Shown one piece after another: positions 19,019-27,716 of a stretch of DNA of 64,000 nt. Both the position numbers and the translations under genes were made by a program. The stretch covers positions 7,961 through 71,960 of IMG/VR virus record IMGVR_UViG_3300031414_000020; one strand, written 5' to 3'. The notes below the pieces were generated by a model. It was not told the origin of the DNA. It ran no database searches and was given only the letters and a program-made list of their open reading frames with translations. The DNA comes from a virus. Lineage: Duplodnaviria > Caudoviricetes. Within the stretch, counting starts at the first letter, position 1, and each line of letters begins with the position of its first letter.

Positions 19019-20335
19019 ATGAAAGTTTTAGAGTTCTTTAAGAAAGCGTGTTTAAACCGACGCTATAAAGAGAAGGCTTGGGTCTTCTCTGTGTTTGGCT
19101 GTACACGCACGACTAACGCCCAGTTAATGAATGGTCGATACCTGGATGTACATCGCATTGACGGTATGCCATTCTGGGTAGATGAAAGCGGCGAACATCA
19201 GGAGTTCGAAGATTTCGACTTCCCGCCAAATACCCCGCTTCTGTCTTTCACTGATAAAGTGGATCTGGTAGTGGGGGACATCCCTAACCTCGAAGAACCA
19301 GTATCAACTATTGTTGGTAATCTCTTCGTGAACTGGTATGTCCTGGTGCACTCCCTCGGCAACAAGATCCCGTTCCAGACTGGTGAGATTGCCATCAAGA
19401 ACATCCTGCCGCAGATCAAGGCAAAGTTTAAGTCTGACATCATGCATCCGGATGGGACCATTAACTACGAAGCACAAGACCCTAACTTTATCTACGCGCA
19501 CGAATACGTCCGTTTCGTTCAGTGCATGACTGCCCTTGCAGGCTTCGTAGAAGTGTCTGTGCCGAGCGCTACTCCATTTACTGCCCGTACGTCACCTGAA
19601 GTAATTGAACTGCGTGAGCGGCTTCTGAAGGAGCACGAGCACGAGTTAACTGACCCAACGGTAATTGCGGCAATTGAGAAGCAGTTGATTGAGAAAGATA
19701 AAGAGTGGATTGCTAAGGACCCAGACAAAGGGTTCTACATCAAAGGCAAGTCATTCAACATCGTTCGTAAGAAACTGTTCCTGATGGGTGGTGTGGAAGC
19801 AAGCTTCAATGGTGATGGCACATATACCTTCGTTCGCAATAGCCTGATGGAAGGACCGACAGTCGACACGCTTCCGGCTCTGATCAACACCCTGCGTAGT
19901 GGTAGTTACTCTCGTGGTGCGCTGACAGCTCTGGGTGGCGAGGCAGTTAAGTTCTTCCAGCGTGTGTTGCAGAACTCCCGTGTGGTTGAAGGTGACTGCG
20001 GTGTGACCTATGGTATTCCTTGTGTCATCACGAACGAGAACCATAAGAGCTTCAAAGGTCGCTTCCAGGTTATCGATGGCAAACCGGTAGCCATTGGCGA
20101 GAACACCAAAGAACTGATTGGTAAGACAATCGAACTCAGAAGCCCTCAGGCGTGCTTAAGTCAACATACCGACTACTGCTCTGTCTGTATGGGTGAAGAG
20201 GTCTCTAAATCTCCTACAGGGCTTTCTGCAATGGGTTCCAACATGGGATCTGTGTTCATGTCGGCATCGATGTCTGCGGTACACGGTACAGCACTGTTAG
20301 TTAAGCACTTCGATGCAAGCGCACATATCAGCTAA
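19019..20335 (+). CDS. Virion RNA polymerase beta'-like subunit (phiKZ gp80-like)
   Basis: EGDCG, RSPQAC...CSVCMG Zn site, bridge-helix-like RSGSYSRGALTALGG, trigger-loop-like MSAVHG. A second beta'-C fragment is the hallmark of two-RNAP jumbo phages. Confidence 0.85.
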   Translation: MKVLEFFKKACLNRRYKEKAWVFSVFGCTRTTNAQLMNGRYLDVHRIDGMPFWVDESGEHQEFEDFDFPPNTPLLSFTDKVDLVVGDIPNLEEPVSTIVGNLFVNWYVLVHSLGNKIPFQTGEIAIKNILPQIKAKFKSDIMHPDGTINYEAQDPNFIYAHEYVRFVQCMTALAGFVEVSVPSATPFTARTSPEVIELRERLLKEHEHELTDPTVIAAIEKQLIEKDKEWIAKDPDKGFYIKGKSFNIVRKKLFLMGGVEASFNGDGTYTFVRNSLMEGPTVDTLPALINTLRSGSYSRGALTALGGEAVKFFQRVLQNSRVVEGDCGVTYGIPCVITNENHKSFKGRFQVIDGKPVAIGENTKELIGKTIELRSPQACLSQHTDYCSVCMGEEVSKSPTGLSAMGSNMGSVFMSASMSAVHGTALLVKHFDASAHIS

Positions 20336-20369
20336 TTATATGCTGAAATTTTCACTGTAGCTTTGCTCA

Positions 20370-20416
20370 GGGGCAGTGGGTATACGGAACCTACTGCCCC
20401 GCTTTTTTCTTATGCC
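20370..20416 (+). terminator. Intrinsic terminator
   Basis: GGGGCAGTGGGT / ACCTACTGCCCC stem, then GCTTTTTTCTTATGCC. Confidence 0.6.
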
Positions 20417-20474
20417 CCTATTAATGATATGGCAGTTTCTACCTTATCTATCACACTCTGGAGTTTAGGCCATT

Positions 20475-20957
20475 ATGTCCGAAGAATTGAAAGCACAGGA
20501 TACAGTAAGTCTCGGCGTACGCTCCTTACTGTCACGCATCGAAAGCTATGCTGAAAAGATGGCTCCTGGGAAACGTAACACTGAAGATCAGATCAACATG
20601 GAACAGAAAGGTCTTTACCTTACTCTGCAAGCCATCCTGACTCAGAAAGAGAACAAAGATTTTGTCGAAGCTTTTAACGGCACAGTCGATCTGTTCAAGC
20701 GCTATGGTAACGACGCATTGTCAACGATGTTTGTCTCTCGTAATCACTACAGTGTCAAACTCGATGCTAATGCACGTCGTGACTTTGCTGCATGGGTTAA
20801 CATCTTTGTTATCCTGTCTAAGCCAAACCTGCGTCACCTGTTGATCAAACAGACCGACCCGGCTAAAGCGTATCGTTCATTACCGGAACTACAGAGCATT
20901 CGCGCTGTAGAGCACATCACCCGTCTGCTGGCATTCGATGCACAAAACGCGGCATAA
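20475..20957 (+). CDS. Hypothetical protein (160 aa)
   Basis: Clean ORF with GGAG RBS; ends GCA-TAA. Confidence 0.7.
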   Translation: MSEELKAQDTVSLGVRSLLSRIESYAEKMAPGKRNTEDQINMEQKGLYLTLQAILTQKENKDFVEAFNGTVDLFKRYGNDALSTMFVSRNHYSVKLDANARRDFAAWVNIFVILSKPNLRHLLIKQTDPAKAYRSLPELQSIRAVEHITRLLAFDAQNAA

Positions 20958-21000
20958 GTAAGCACTCCTCCTCCCAAACGGGAAGAGGAGGCTTTTATGC
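20951..21000. terminator. Bidirectional terminator, convergent-junction family
   Basis: GGCATAAGTAAGCACTCCTCCTCCC-AAAC-GGGAAGAGGAGGCTTTTATGC. Confidence 0.7.
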
Positions 21001-21002
21001 TG

Positions 21003-21839
21003 TTAACCCTTTTCTGATGGCGCAGTCTGCAACGCTGTGTTCAGGTCTGCTGTGAACTTAGCGCCCAGTTCCAGTTCCGCATCGGTCGCTGGGATTGTGC
21101 CATTCTCGTCGTACGTCTGGAGAACGTTAGTCATACCACGCTCAGGCACGCTGACACGGATATCGCCCGGTTCAGGTGCGAGATCAGTTGTAGATGGGGT
21201 TTCTACAGGCGGTACACGGTAGGCCGCAAGCCAGTAGCCAGGAGTACGTGACTGAAGTTTACCAGCACCACCTGACATTTTAAACGTGCTTGCGTTTTCG
21301 ATAGACACCACGGTAGCCATGTCGATGTTTTCCAGAGGGATAGGAATGTTCATCGCGCCGCCATTGGTGTAGCCCCAGATGATACCAGCGTTAGTGTCCG
21401 GGTTGAAAGCGAAGTTAGTGTCAACTGCGCCAGTATAACCGATGGCAGCAATGACTTTACCTGCCATGCTTTCGCTCAGGCCGATATGAACAATAGCCTG
21501 ACCTACCAGCCCAACGAACTCTTCACGCGCTTTCTTCCGCATCGCACGCTTGCGGTCTTTCGGGGACAGCAGTGCAATCACGTCGTCTTTGGTAGGTTTG
21601 CCTTTCAAAGACTCATCGATCTCAGCGTTGGTGCACGGCTCGCCTTCTTCGGTAACAAACGCAGTGCCTGACTTCAGATGCGCATCATACAGCTCACTGC
21701 CTTCAGGGGACAGCTCAGACTTCTCACCGTTGAACGGAGTTCCAGCCGCGTCGAGTAACTCACCTACTTGAGCCGATGCTTCGTTCAGCTTCTCTTCGGT
21801 AGCTTCGTTTGGGGTGTTGCGTTCTTCTTGTTGAGTCAT
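21003..21839 (-). CDS. Hypothetical protein (278 aa, acidic N-terminus)
   Basis: AAGGA RBS on the minus strand; clean ORF. Confidence 0.65.
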   Translation of the reverse strand: MTQQEERNTPNEATEEKLNEASAQVGELLDAAGTPFNGEKSELSPEGSELYDAHLKSGTAFVTEEGEPCTNAEIDESLKGKPTKDDVIALLSPKDRKRAMRKKAREEFVGLVGQAIVHIGLSESMAGKVIAAIGYTGAVDTNFAFNPDTNAGIIWGYTNGGAMNIPIPLENIDMATVVSIENASTFKMSGGAGKLQSRTPGYWLAAYRVPPVETPSTTDLAPEPGDIRVSVPERGMTNVLQTYDENGTIPATDAELELGAKFTADLNTALQTAPSEKG

Positions 21840-21881
21840 CTTTATTTCCTTTAAGGGGAGTCTCGCTCCCCGTGTGTGATA

Positions 21882-23582
21882 TTAAGCTACCAGCGCTTCC
21901 AGGTCTTGCAGAGAAGGCATGCCGTAGATTTCGGTACAGAACTGTACGGCGTTAACACGACCGCCAGTCAGGTTGATGCCATTGCGACGTTGCACCGCTT
22001 CAGAGATACCCTCAATGCGAGACAGCTCGCGATAGGTAGTTTCTTTAGAGATATTCATGACGTCTTCGGTAGTCGGGTAAGCACCTTCTACGTCCAAGTC
22101 AGCAACGTGACAACGAATAAGCGTGCGGTGTTCCGGCATGTCCTTAATACACTGGATACCATTGTCCACAACCAGGTGCGATGGTAAGGTAACGATCCAG
22201 TCGTTCATGCCAAGTACATACTGGTCGAGTGGGTCTTTACCCATTTCGTCAGAAGTTGTACCAAACACGCGACCGTGCGCCAGTGAGAAGAATTCCATGT
22301 CATCGCTCAGACGACGAGGAGTAGACGGGAACCGTGCATATTCAGAGTGACCGCAGAGTAAAGAGATCGTTTGCGAGAGATCGTGTGTCTTCGCATCGAG
22401 TTCTTCTAAAGAGACTGTATCGAATAAGTTATATACCGAGTATTCGATAGGATACTCTTTCTGTAGGAATTGGTGCCAACGGAGTCCGTTGAGGTGGTCA
22501 GCCTCTACGAATTTAAGTTTACGAATGCCCAGCTCTTTGTTGAGGATGTAGTCGAGTGCGTAACTACGCTCGTTACCACCTACAACACGGATACGCTTGT
22601 AAACACACATCGCATCTACAAAGTAGAAGCTGGAGAAACACTCCATGACGTGCCACTGTTCTGCTGGATGCAGCGCCATCGTTTTACCAGACGCAGTAAC
22701 TTTCTGTGATTTACCTGGTTTCCAGTTAGCGTGATGATAACGCTCTGGCACACACGGGTCACTCATTACACGCGCTGGGTCCCAACCTGCCTCTTTGATA
22801 CAGTTAATGATTTTGGGCAAGTCGAACGCAATGTTCCAGATACTGACGAAGTCAGGTTTCCACTTATGCAGCAAATCAAACGCAGCTTGCACACACTCGA
22901 ACGCTGTATCGAACACGTCGAAGATAATGTTAGCGTTCCACTTAGCGATGTAGTCACCAACCAGCTCTGTGGTTTTAGAAAGGAACTTCTCTTTCAGGTT
23001 GAGTTTATCGCCGTAGAACTTACGAACACCAAACACAGCTTTCTCAGTACCGAGGCTGACAGAGATCAGGATTAACTTACTACCATCGCCTGTAACAACA
23101 TCGGTCTCTATATCGAGTGGGGCCACGGTATTATCTGTTACCGCATCAGGATACTTCTGCTGATACATGTTCTTAATCAGCACCGGTGTAGTACAATCGC
23201 AACCGTAGACATACGGACTACGAAGGATCTGCTTGAGTGGTAACATGGCATTACCGAACCCCAGCGCCTTAACAATGCTACGACCCAGGTTGACCTGAGT
23301 AGAACTGAACTTACGCAGACGAGAAAGATCCTCAAATTCTTTCTTATCTTTGTGGTTACGAAAACCATCTTTGGTGATATAGAAATCACGCTTATAGTTT
23401 TCACGAACATAGCAGTGCGGTACAGTGCGCTTGTCTTTTAAATGAAGACGCTCTTTAACGAAGAGTGCGTCGTTTCGACTGCCGTCTGCCGCTGCTGTAT
23501 AAAGTACGTGCTTACACTCACGTGCTTCGATTTGGTCCATTGGGATAAACTCGCCAGTGGCCAAATGAATTCCATCACTCAT
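21882..23582 (-). CDS. Family B DNA polymerase, exonuclease-containing subunit (phiKZ gp82-like)
   Basis: ExoI LDIETD, ExoII WNIAFDLPKI, ExoIII YNLFD, PolB motif A DLDVEGAYP; the protein ends before motifs B and C. Confidence 0.85.
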   Translation of the reverse strand: MSDGIHLATGEFIPMDQIEARECKHVLYTAAADGSRNDALFVKERLHLKDKRTVPHCYVRENYKRDFYITKDGFRNHKDKKEFEDLSRLRKFSSTQVNLGRSIVKALGFGNAMLPLKQILRSPYVYGCDCTTPVLIKNMYQQKYPDAVTDNTVAPLDIETDVVTGDGSKLILISVSLGTEKAVFGVRKFYGDKLNLKEKFLSKTTELVGDYIAKWNANIIFDVFDTAFECVQAAFDLLHKWKPDFVSIWNIAFDLPKIINCIKEAGWDPARVMSDPCVPERYHHANWKPGKSQKVTASGKTMALHPAEQWHVMECFSSFYFVDAMCVYKRIRVVGGNERSYALDYILNKELGIRKLKFVEADHLNGLRWHQFLQKEYPIEYSVYNLFDTVSLEELDAKTHDLSQTISLLCGHSEYARFPSTPRRLSDDMEFFSLAHGRVFGTTSDEMGKDPLDQYVLGMNDWIVTLPSHLVVDNGIQCIKDMPEHRTLIRCHVADLDVEGAYPTTEDVMNISKETTYRELSRIEGISEAVQRRNGINLTGGRVNAVQFCTEIYGMPSLQDLEALVA

Positions 23583-23679
23583 TGGGACTCCTCTTGTTTC
23601 TCTAACTTACGCTTAACTCCAAATGATATGGCCTCGCTGTTTTTTATTAATGATTCACTCCATTGAGAGGGTTTGTCTT

Positions 23680-24948
23680 ATGGGTAAAGTTAATCCTTTA
23701 CTGCAAATTTCCACCGAAGGTTTGTACGACTATAAAAACCCTCTGGTGCGAAGCAACATCATGGAACTGCTTGACAAGTTCCGTGAAACGCAAGATACGG
23801 CTATGCTGACTCAGCGTCTGCAAGAGCTTGTCAAAACAACGTACAACATTAACCTGACGGTTTCTATCACCGACCTGCGTGTACCCGCCATGGTTGTCCA
23901 CGAGCAGATTGCACCTGAGTCTCTGCCACGTTATCGCCCACGTAGTATCTCTGATGCAGAGAATGCTAAAGGTAACGGCATCGGTGAGTTTGAGAAAATC
24001 CACCACGGTATGATCAACCTTAAAACGTTGAAGGTGGGTGGTATCTTCGCTGACCTGCCTGTCGTCATTCTGCTGTCCGATAAACTGACCCAGTGGACTA
24101 ACGACGATATCGGCGTAGCGTTCTTCCATGAGCTGGGACACTACATCGATTACGTCATTATGGCAGCTTCACAGTTCCGTTCATTCGGTATTGTTGAATC
24201 GCTGGTACGTGGTATCCGTGGCTCCGACACCGTCGAAGCGGCAGTGGACTTAGTCAAAACCGCCAGTGGCGAATATGGCTTTAAAGTCTCTGACCCTGAG
24301 TCACTGAAGCTGGCAGCAACCGACGAAGCTATTCGCTTGAAACTGTTCAGCGAAATTCAGGCATCGAACCGTTGGTTCCTCTACGGTGACAAAAATCAGA
24401 AGCAACAGGAATATGCTGCCGATGAATTGCCTGCTGCGATCTTCGGTCCACGTGTTGCGGCTGTAGCTTTAAGTAAGCTGCTGTCAATGACTTCGCATCC
24501 GGCGTACCGCAGTTCACTGCTGTTCTATGGCCGTACTGCTGCATGTGTTGCGCTGGTAATCTTCGGTGCCTCTACTGCCATGCTGCCTATTGCAGTATTT
24601 GGAGCGGTAGGGCTTGCTGCCGACCAGACTGAGGCAACTCAGTCAATCACGCACCCTAACCCGTTGACGCGCTTACAGCGCTTCCGTGGGCTTCTGCTGT
24701 CGGATGCAAAGAACCCAGAGATGACTCGTGCTCAGGTTACTCAGCTGAAACTCGACCTGGATCTGATCGATGCGGAAATCGCTCGTCTGAATGGTGCGAA
24801 CAAAAGCGGCCTTGAGTTCCTGATGGAAATCTTCTCACCGACCCGTCGTACCAGCAGTGACCTGGAAGACTACGAGCGTGGTGTGGCCGAGTTACAGAAC
24901 AACCCTATCTTCTTACGCGCTGCGCAGCTGCGTTATCTTAAGGATTAA
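23680..24948 (+). CDS. Probable virion head protein with an HExxH zincin-like motif
   Basis: ISTEG near the N-terminus (prohead-protease-type site), FFHELGH, EYAAD, hydrophobic segment near the C-terminus; first gene of the structural block. Confidence 0.55.
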   Translation: MGKVNPLLQISTEGLYDYKNPLVRSNIMELLDKFRETQDTAMLTQRLQELVKTTYNINLTVSITDLRVPAMVVHEQIAPESLPRYRPRSISDAENAKGNGIGEFEKIHHGMINLKTLKVGGIFADLPVVILLSDKLTQWTNDDIGVAFFHELGHYIDYVIMAASQFRSFGIVESLVRGIRGSDTVEAAVDLVKTASGEYGFKVSDPESLKLAATDEAIRLKLFSEIQASNRWFLYGDKNQKQQEYAADELPAAIFGPRVAAVALSKLLSMTSHPAYRSSLLFYGRTAACVALVIFGASTAMLPIAVFGAVGLAADQTEATQSITHPNPLTRLQRFRGLLLSDAKNPEMTRAQVTQLKLDLDLIDAEIARLNGANKSGLEFLMEIFSPTRRTSSDLEDYERGVAELQNNPIFLRAAQLRYLKD

Positions 24949-24950
24949 TT

Positions 24951-25352
24951 ATGAGCATCCGTGAATTACAGAAATCGGTCGGTATTCTGAGCGAAGCATT
25001 CCCTGAAGCAGACCAGTGTCTCGCACTGTCACGCGCTGTGGGCATCTCTCTGGGTATGGCAACCAACCTGGGCGGTCTGGGCGATGCAATGCATGACGCC
25101 ATGACCCGCGCTGAACTGATCAACCTCATCAACAACAAACAGGAAGTCTATCAGCTGATTTCCCGTTGTAACGATGAAGTACTGCTGTGCGTCGATACTA
25201 CCGTTCGCCAGTTTACCAAAACCTTCGTTTACCGTCTGGAAATCGCACGCGGTAATCCGGCAGCCTTCGCTGACTCTGCTGTTGAGGCAGGTACGTTGCA
25301 GGCAGTAGAGTTACTGACCCCGGTCTTCCGTGGCATTCTCTCTGGTAAATAA
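24951..25352 (+). CDS. Small probable virion protein
   Basis: 133 aa, co-transcribed; placed by synteny with phiKZ-like head genes. Confidence 0.55.
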   Translation: MSIRELQKSVGILSEAFPEADQCLALSRAVGISLGMATNLGGLGDAMHDAMTRAELINLINNKQEVYQLISRCNDEVLLCVDTTVRQFTKTFVYRLEIARGNPAAFADSAVEAGTLQAVELLTPVFRGILSGK

Positions 25353-25408
25353 CAAAAATAAATGGGCATGCTTTTGTATGCCCTTTACTTGACTTAAGGC
25401 ATAGAACA

Positions 25409-26380
25409 ATGTCAGAACTTAATATCGACTTCGCACACACTCTGGATAATATCGACCAACTCAGTAGCTTACGTGGCAAACTGCGTAACCTATCTGGCCC
25501 TATTGCCAACTACCCAGCCATTGGTGGCCGTTTTGCTACCCTGGTTCAGAAGCTCGGTGGGCAGACAGTAGAGCAACTCCGTGATAACATTGAGTCATCC
25601 TTCGATGATTCTGTAAACACCGCTTACGTTGCGATTGCGGCGTCTCAGCGCGTGCGTGTGGCACAAGCAATTGACCTCATCACTAAAGATGATAGTATTG
25701 CCCCCGCCATTGAAGGTTCATACGAGAAATATTTCAAACCGCGCAGTGTGGTTGAAAATGCAACTCCAGATCTTCTTTATATGCTGTTGCTGCGTCCGAC
25801 CAATCAGACCGTCTACGCACAGCTCGATAAGTACGCTGTAGTTGTTTTACAGAAACTTGCCCAGCAGCTATCCCTCTTTACTAACCGGATGTCCCGCGTT
25901 ACTGAGAGCACCACAACTGAAGTCCTGGCCGAAATCAAATTCGACCTGGAAGCTTTAACTGACGCTCCACCTGAGGGTGAACTGCGTGCATGGATTGACA
26001 AGACCTCAGTCGCATGTGGCGGTCGTATCCACAAGAAACTTGTATCCCTGTTGAAGACCTCAACAGAGCAGGCTAGCGCAGTCCGCGCCGAGAGTTGGTA
26101 CTCCAACTGGTTCGAGCTTCTGTCTAAACTGCCTGACGCGTCTCGCCTTTTCGGTAAGCACGAAACGGAAGTTACCGCAGCATTGAAACTCGTCGACTCT
26201 CGCCTCGTCGAACTTTCCCATCTCAAGACTCAGAAAACCCCAGCCTACCTCGCACAGTTAGTTGCTGAGTTTGGCCATCAGGTATCTGAGGCGATGGATA
26301 GTGTTTACGCACTGCTGTCTATCCGTTCTCTTTTTATCGAAAAGTACAATGACGTTAAAGAGAATGTAACCCCCAACTAA
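25409..26380 (+). CDS. Hypothetical (probable head) protein, helical
   Basis: 323 aa in the structural block. Confidence 0.6.
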   Translation: MSELNIDFAHTLDNIDQLSSLRGKLRNLSGPIANYPAIGGRFATLVQKLGGQTVEQLRDNIESSFDDSVNTAYVAIAASQRVRVAQAIDLITKDDSIAPAIEGSYEKYFKPRSVVENATPDLLYMLLLRPTNQTVYAQLDKYAVVVLQKLAQQLSLFTNRMSRVTESTTTEVLAEIKFDLEALTDAPPEGELRAWIDKTSVACGGRIHKKLVSLLKTSTEQASAVRAESWYSNWFELLSKLPDASRLFGKHETEVTAALKLVDSRLVELSHLKTQKTPAYLAQLVAEFGHQVSEAMDSVYALLSIRSLFIEKYNDVKENVTPN

Positions 26381-26392
26381 TAGAGGTTCCGC

Positions 26393-27664
26393 ATGTCCGG
26401 TAACAGTTTATCGATGGACCTTGTCTCCTTGACTTCCACAACGGCGAACAACATGACTGCGCTTCGTCGCATCAGTGCGTCACTGGAATCAATGGAAGAT
26501 ACCATCCGCAACGAAGGTATGTCTCGTGACATTGCTCTGCTGATTGAACAACAGTCACCGGGTGCGATTACTGACAACGCTCGAGTGAATGCGTTCACTC
26601 AATATCCCTCACAGGTAAAACGCGATGTCGGTCTGGAAGCCATTAACTTCGTTCGCGGCAAATCCCTGAAGGGTATTGTTATTGCCATCCTCAGTGCCGC
26701 CATCGCGGCTGCTGCTGCTTTCCTGACTTTCCTGATTCGTCGGTTCACCGGCAAAGAAGCAAGGTCTCGCAAAGAGCGCGCTCGTGAGAAACCGATGAAC
26801 CCGCAGACTACTGCCGATGCTGGGCACAGTCGACCGGAGTGGCGTCAAGACCCAGAGTTTACTGCGGCCTGCGATGCTTTCGCTGCTACTATAAACATGA
26901 CACTGGTAAACACAGGCTCTGGACAATTCCGTGCCTTTACCCGTGACGTGTTCATGGTTAAACCGCAGGGTCTGTTCGGTGCACTGAGTTCACACATCGT
27001 TGAAGCTATCAAGTTGGTGCGTACTACCACTGATAACCTCGGCGGCATTCCTCGCCCGATCAAGTATAGCGCTGACCAGGATGAAGTTACTCTGATCATG
27101 CGTAATCTGTTCGGTGAGTTGCAGACACAATACAATGTACTGGAGCATGTTCGTCCCAACGGCATCCCAGGCAAAGGACCTCTGTCTGAACGCTTGATGG
27201 AAATGCGCAGTATGCTTGAGGCCGACATCAATCGCATGGCTATCACGCAGGAACCTACGCTGGCTGATATTTATAGCTATCGTGGTGTTATCGATGAAAG
27301 CATGAAAATGCTGGAAGACATGCGTGTTGATCTGCTGATGAAAGAGATGAAGGAAAACTCTGACTTCATGCAGCGTACGTTAAGTACACTGGACGTCAAG
27401 TTCAACTATATCTCTAATGAAGCAGCCGATGCATTGGCCGATGCGATGTACTTCATTCAGCGCATGTTGGAAATGCAGAGCGACCTGATTGGTATCGTTA
27501 GCACTCTGACCGAAAACGTCTTAGCAGCTGACTCGGCATACTGTCAGTTACTGCGTACCCAGATTGCAGCCATGCAGCGCGCTGGTATTCGCTTTAACGG
27601 TAACGAGCCTGAGTTCGCAGAAGATCGTAAGTTCTATAAGGACGCAATGCGTTTCTTAGAGTAA
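26393..27664 (+). CDS. Internal head protein family member
   Basis: ASLES and GLEA sites, GMSRDIA motif, hydrophobic IVIAILSAAIAAAAAFLTFLI after the propeptide. Confidence 0.65.
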   Translation: MSGNSLSMDLVSLTSTTANNMTALRRISASLESMEDTIRNEGMSRDIALLIEQQSPGAITDNARVNAFTQYPSQVKRDVGLEAINFVRGKSLKGIVIAILSAAIAAAAAFLTFLIRRFTGKEARSRKERAREKPMNPQTTADAGHSRPEWRQDPEFTAACDAFAATINMTLVNTGSGQFRAFTRDVFMVKPQGLFGALSSHIVEAIKLVRTTTDNLGGIPRPIKYSADQDEVTLIMRNLFGELQTQYNVLEHVRPNGIPGKGPLSERLMEMRSMLEADINRMAITQEPTLADIYSYRGVIDESMKMLEDMRVDLLMKEMKENSDFMQRTLSTLDVKFNYISNEAADALADAMYFIQRMLEMQSDLIGIVSTLTENVLAADSAYCQLLRTQIAAMQRAGIRFNGNEPEFAEDRKFYKDAMRFLE

Positions 27665-27665
27665 C

Positions 27666-27716
27666 GACATAAAAGCCTCTCTACCCTTTGCGGGGTAGAG
27701 AGTGCTTATTTATGCC
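27666..27716. terminator. Bidirectional terminator, convergent-junction family
   Basis: GACATAAAAGCCTCTCTACCC-TTTGC-GGGGTAGAGAGTGCTTATTTATGCC. Confidence 0.7.

Noticed and set aside
7080-20335. Bacterial rpoB/rpoC operon
   Set aside because: Subunits are split into halves, highly divergent, the beta'-C part occurs twice, and there are no flanking ribosomal genes; this fits jumbo-phage RNAPs.
21882-23582. Truncated polymerase pseudogene
   Set aside because: The split polymerase is a known trait of this phage group; no frameshifted continuation was seen.
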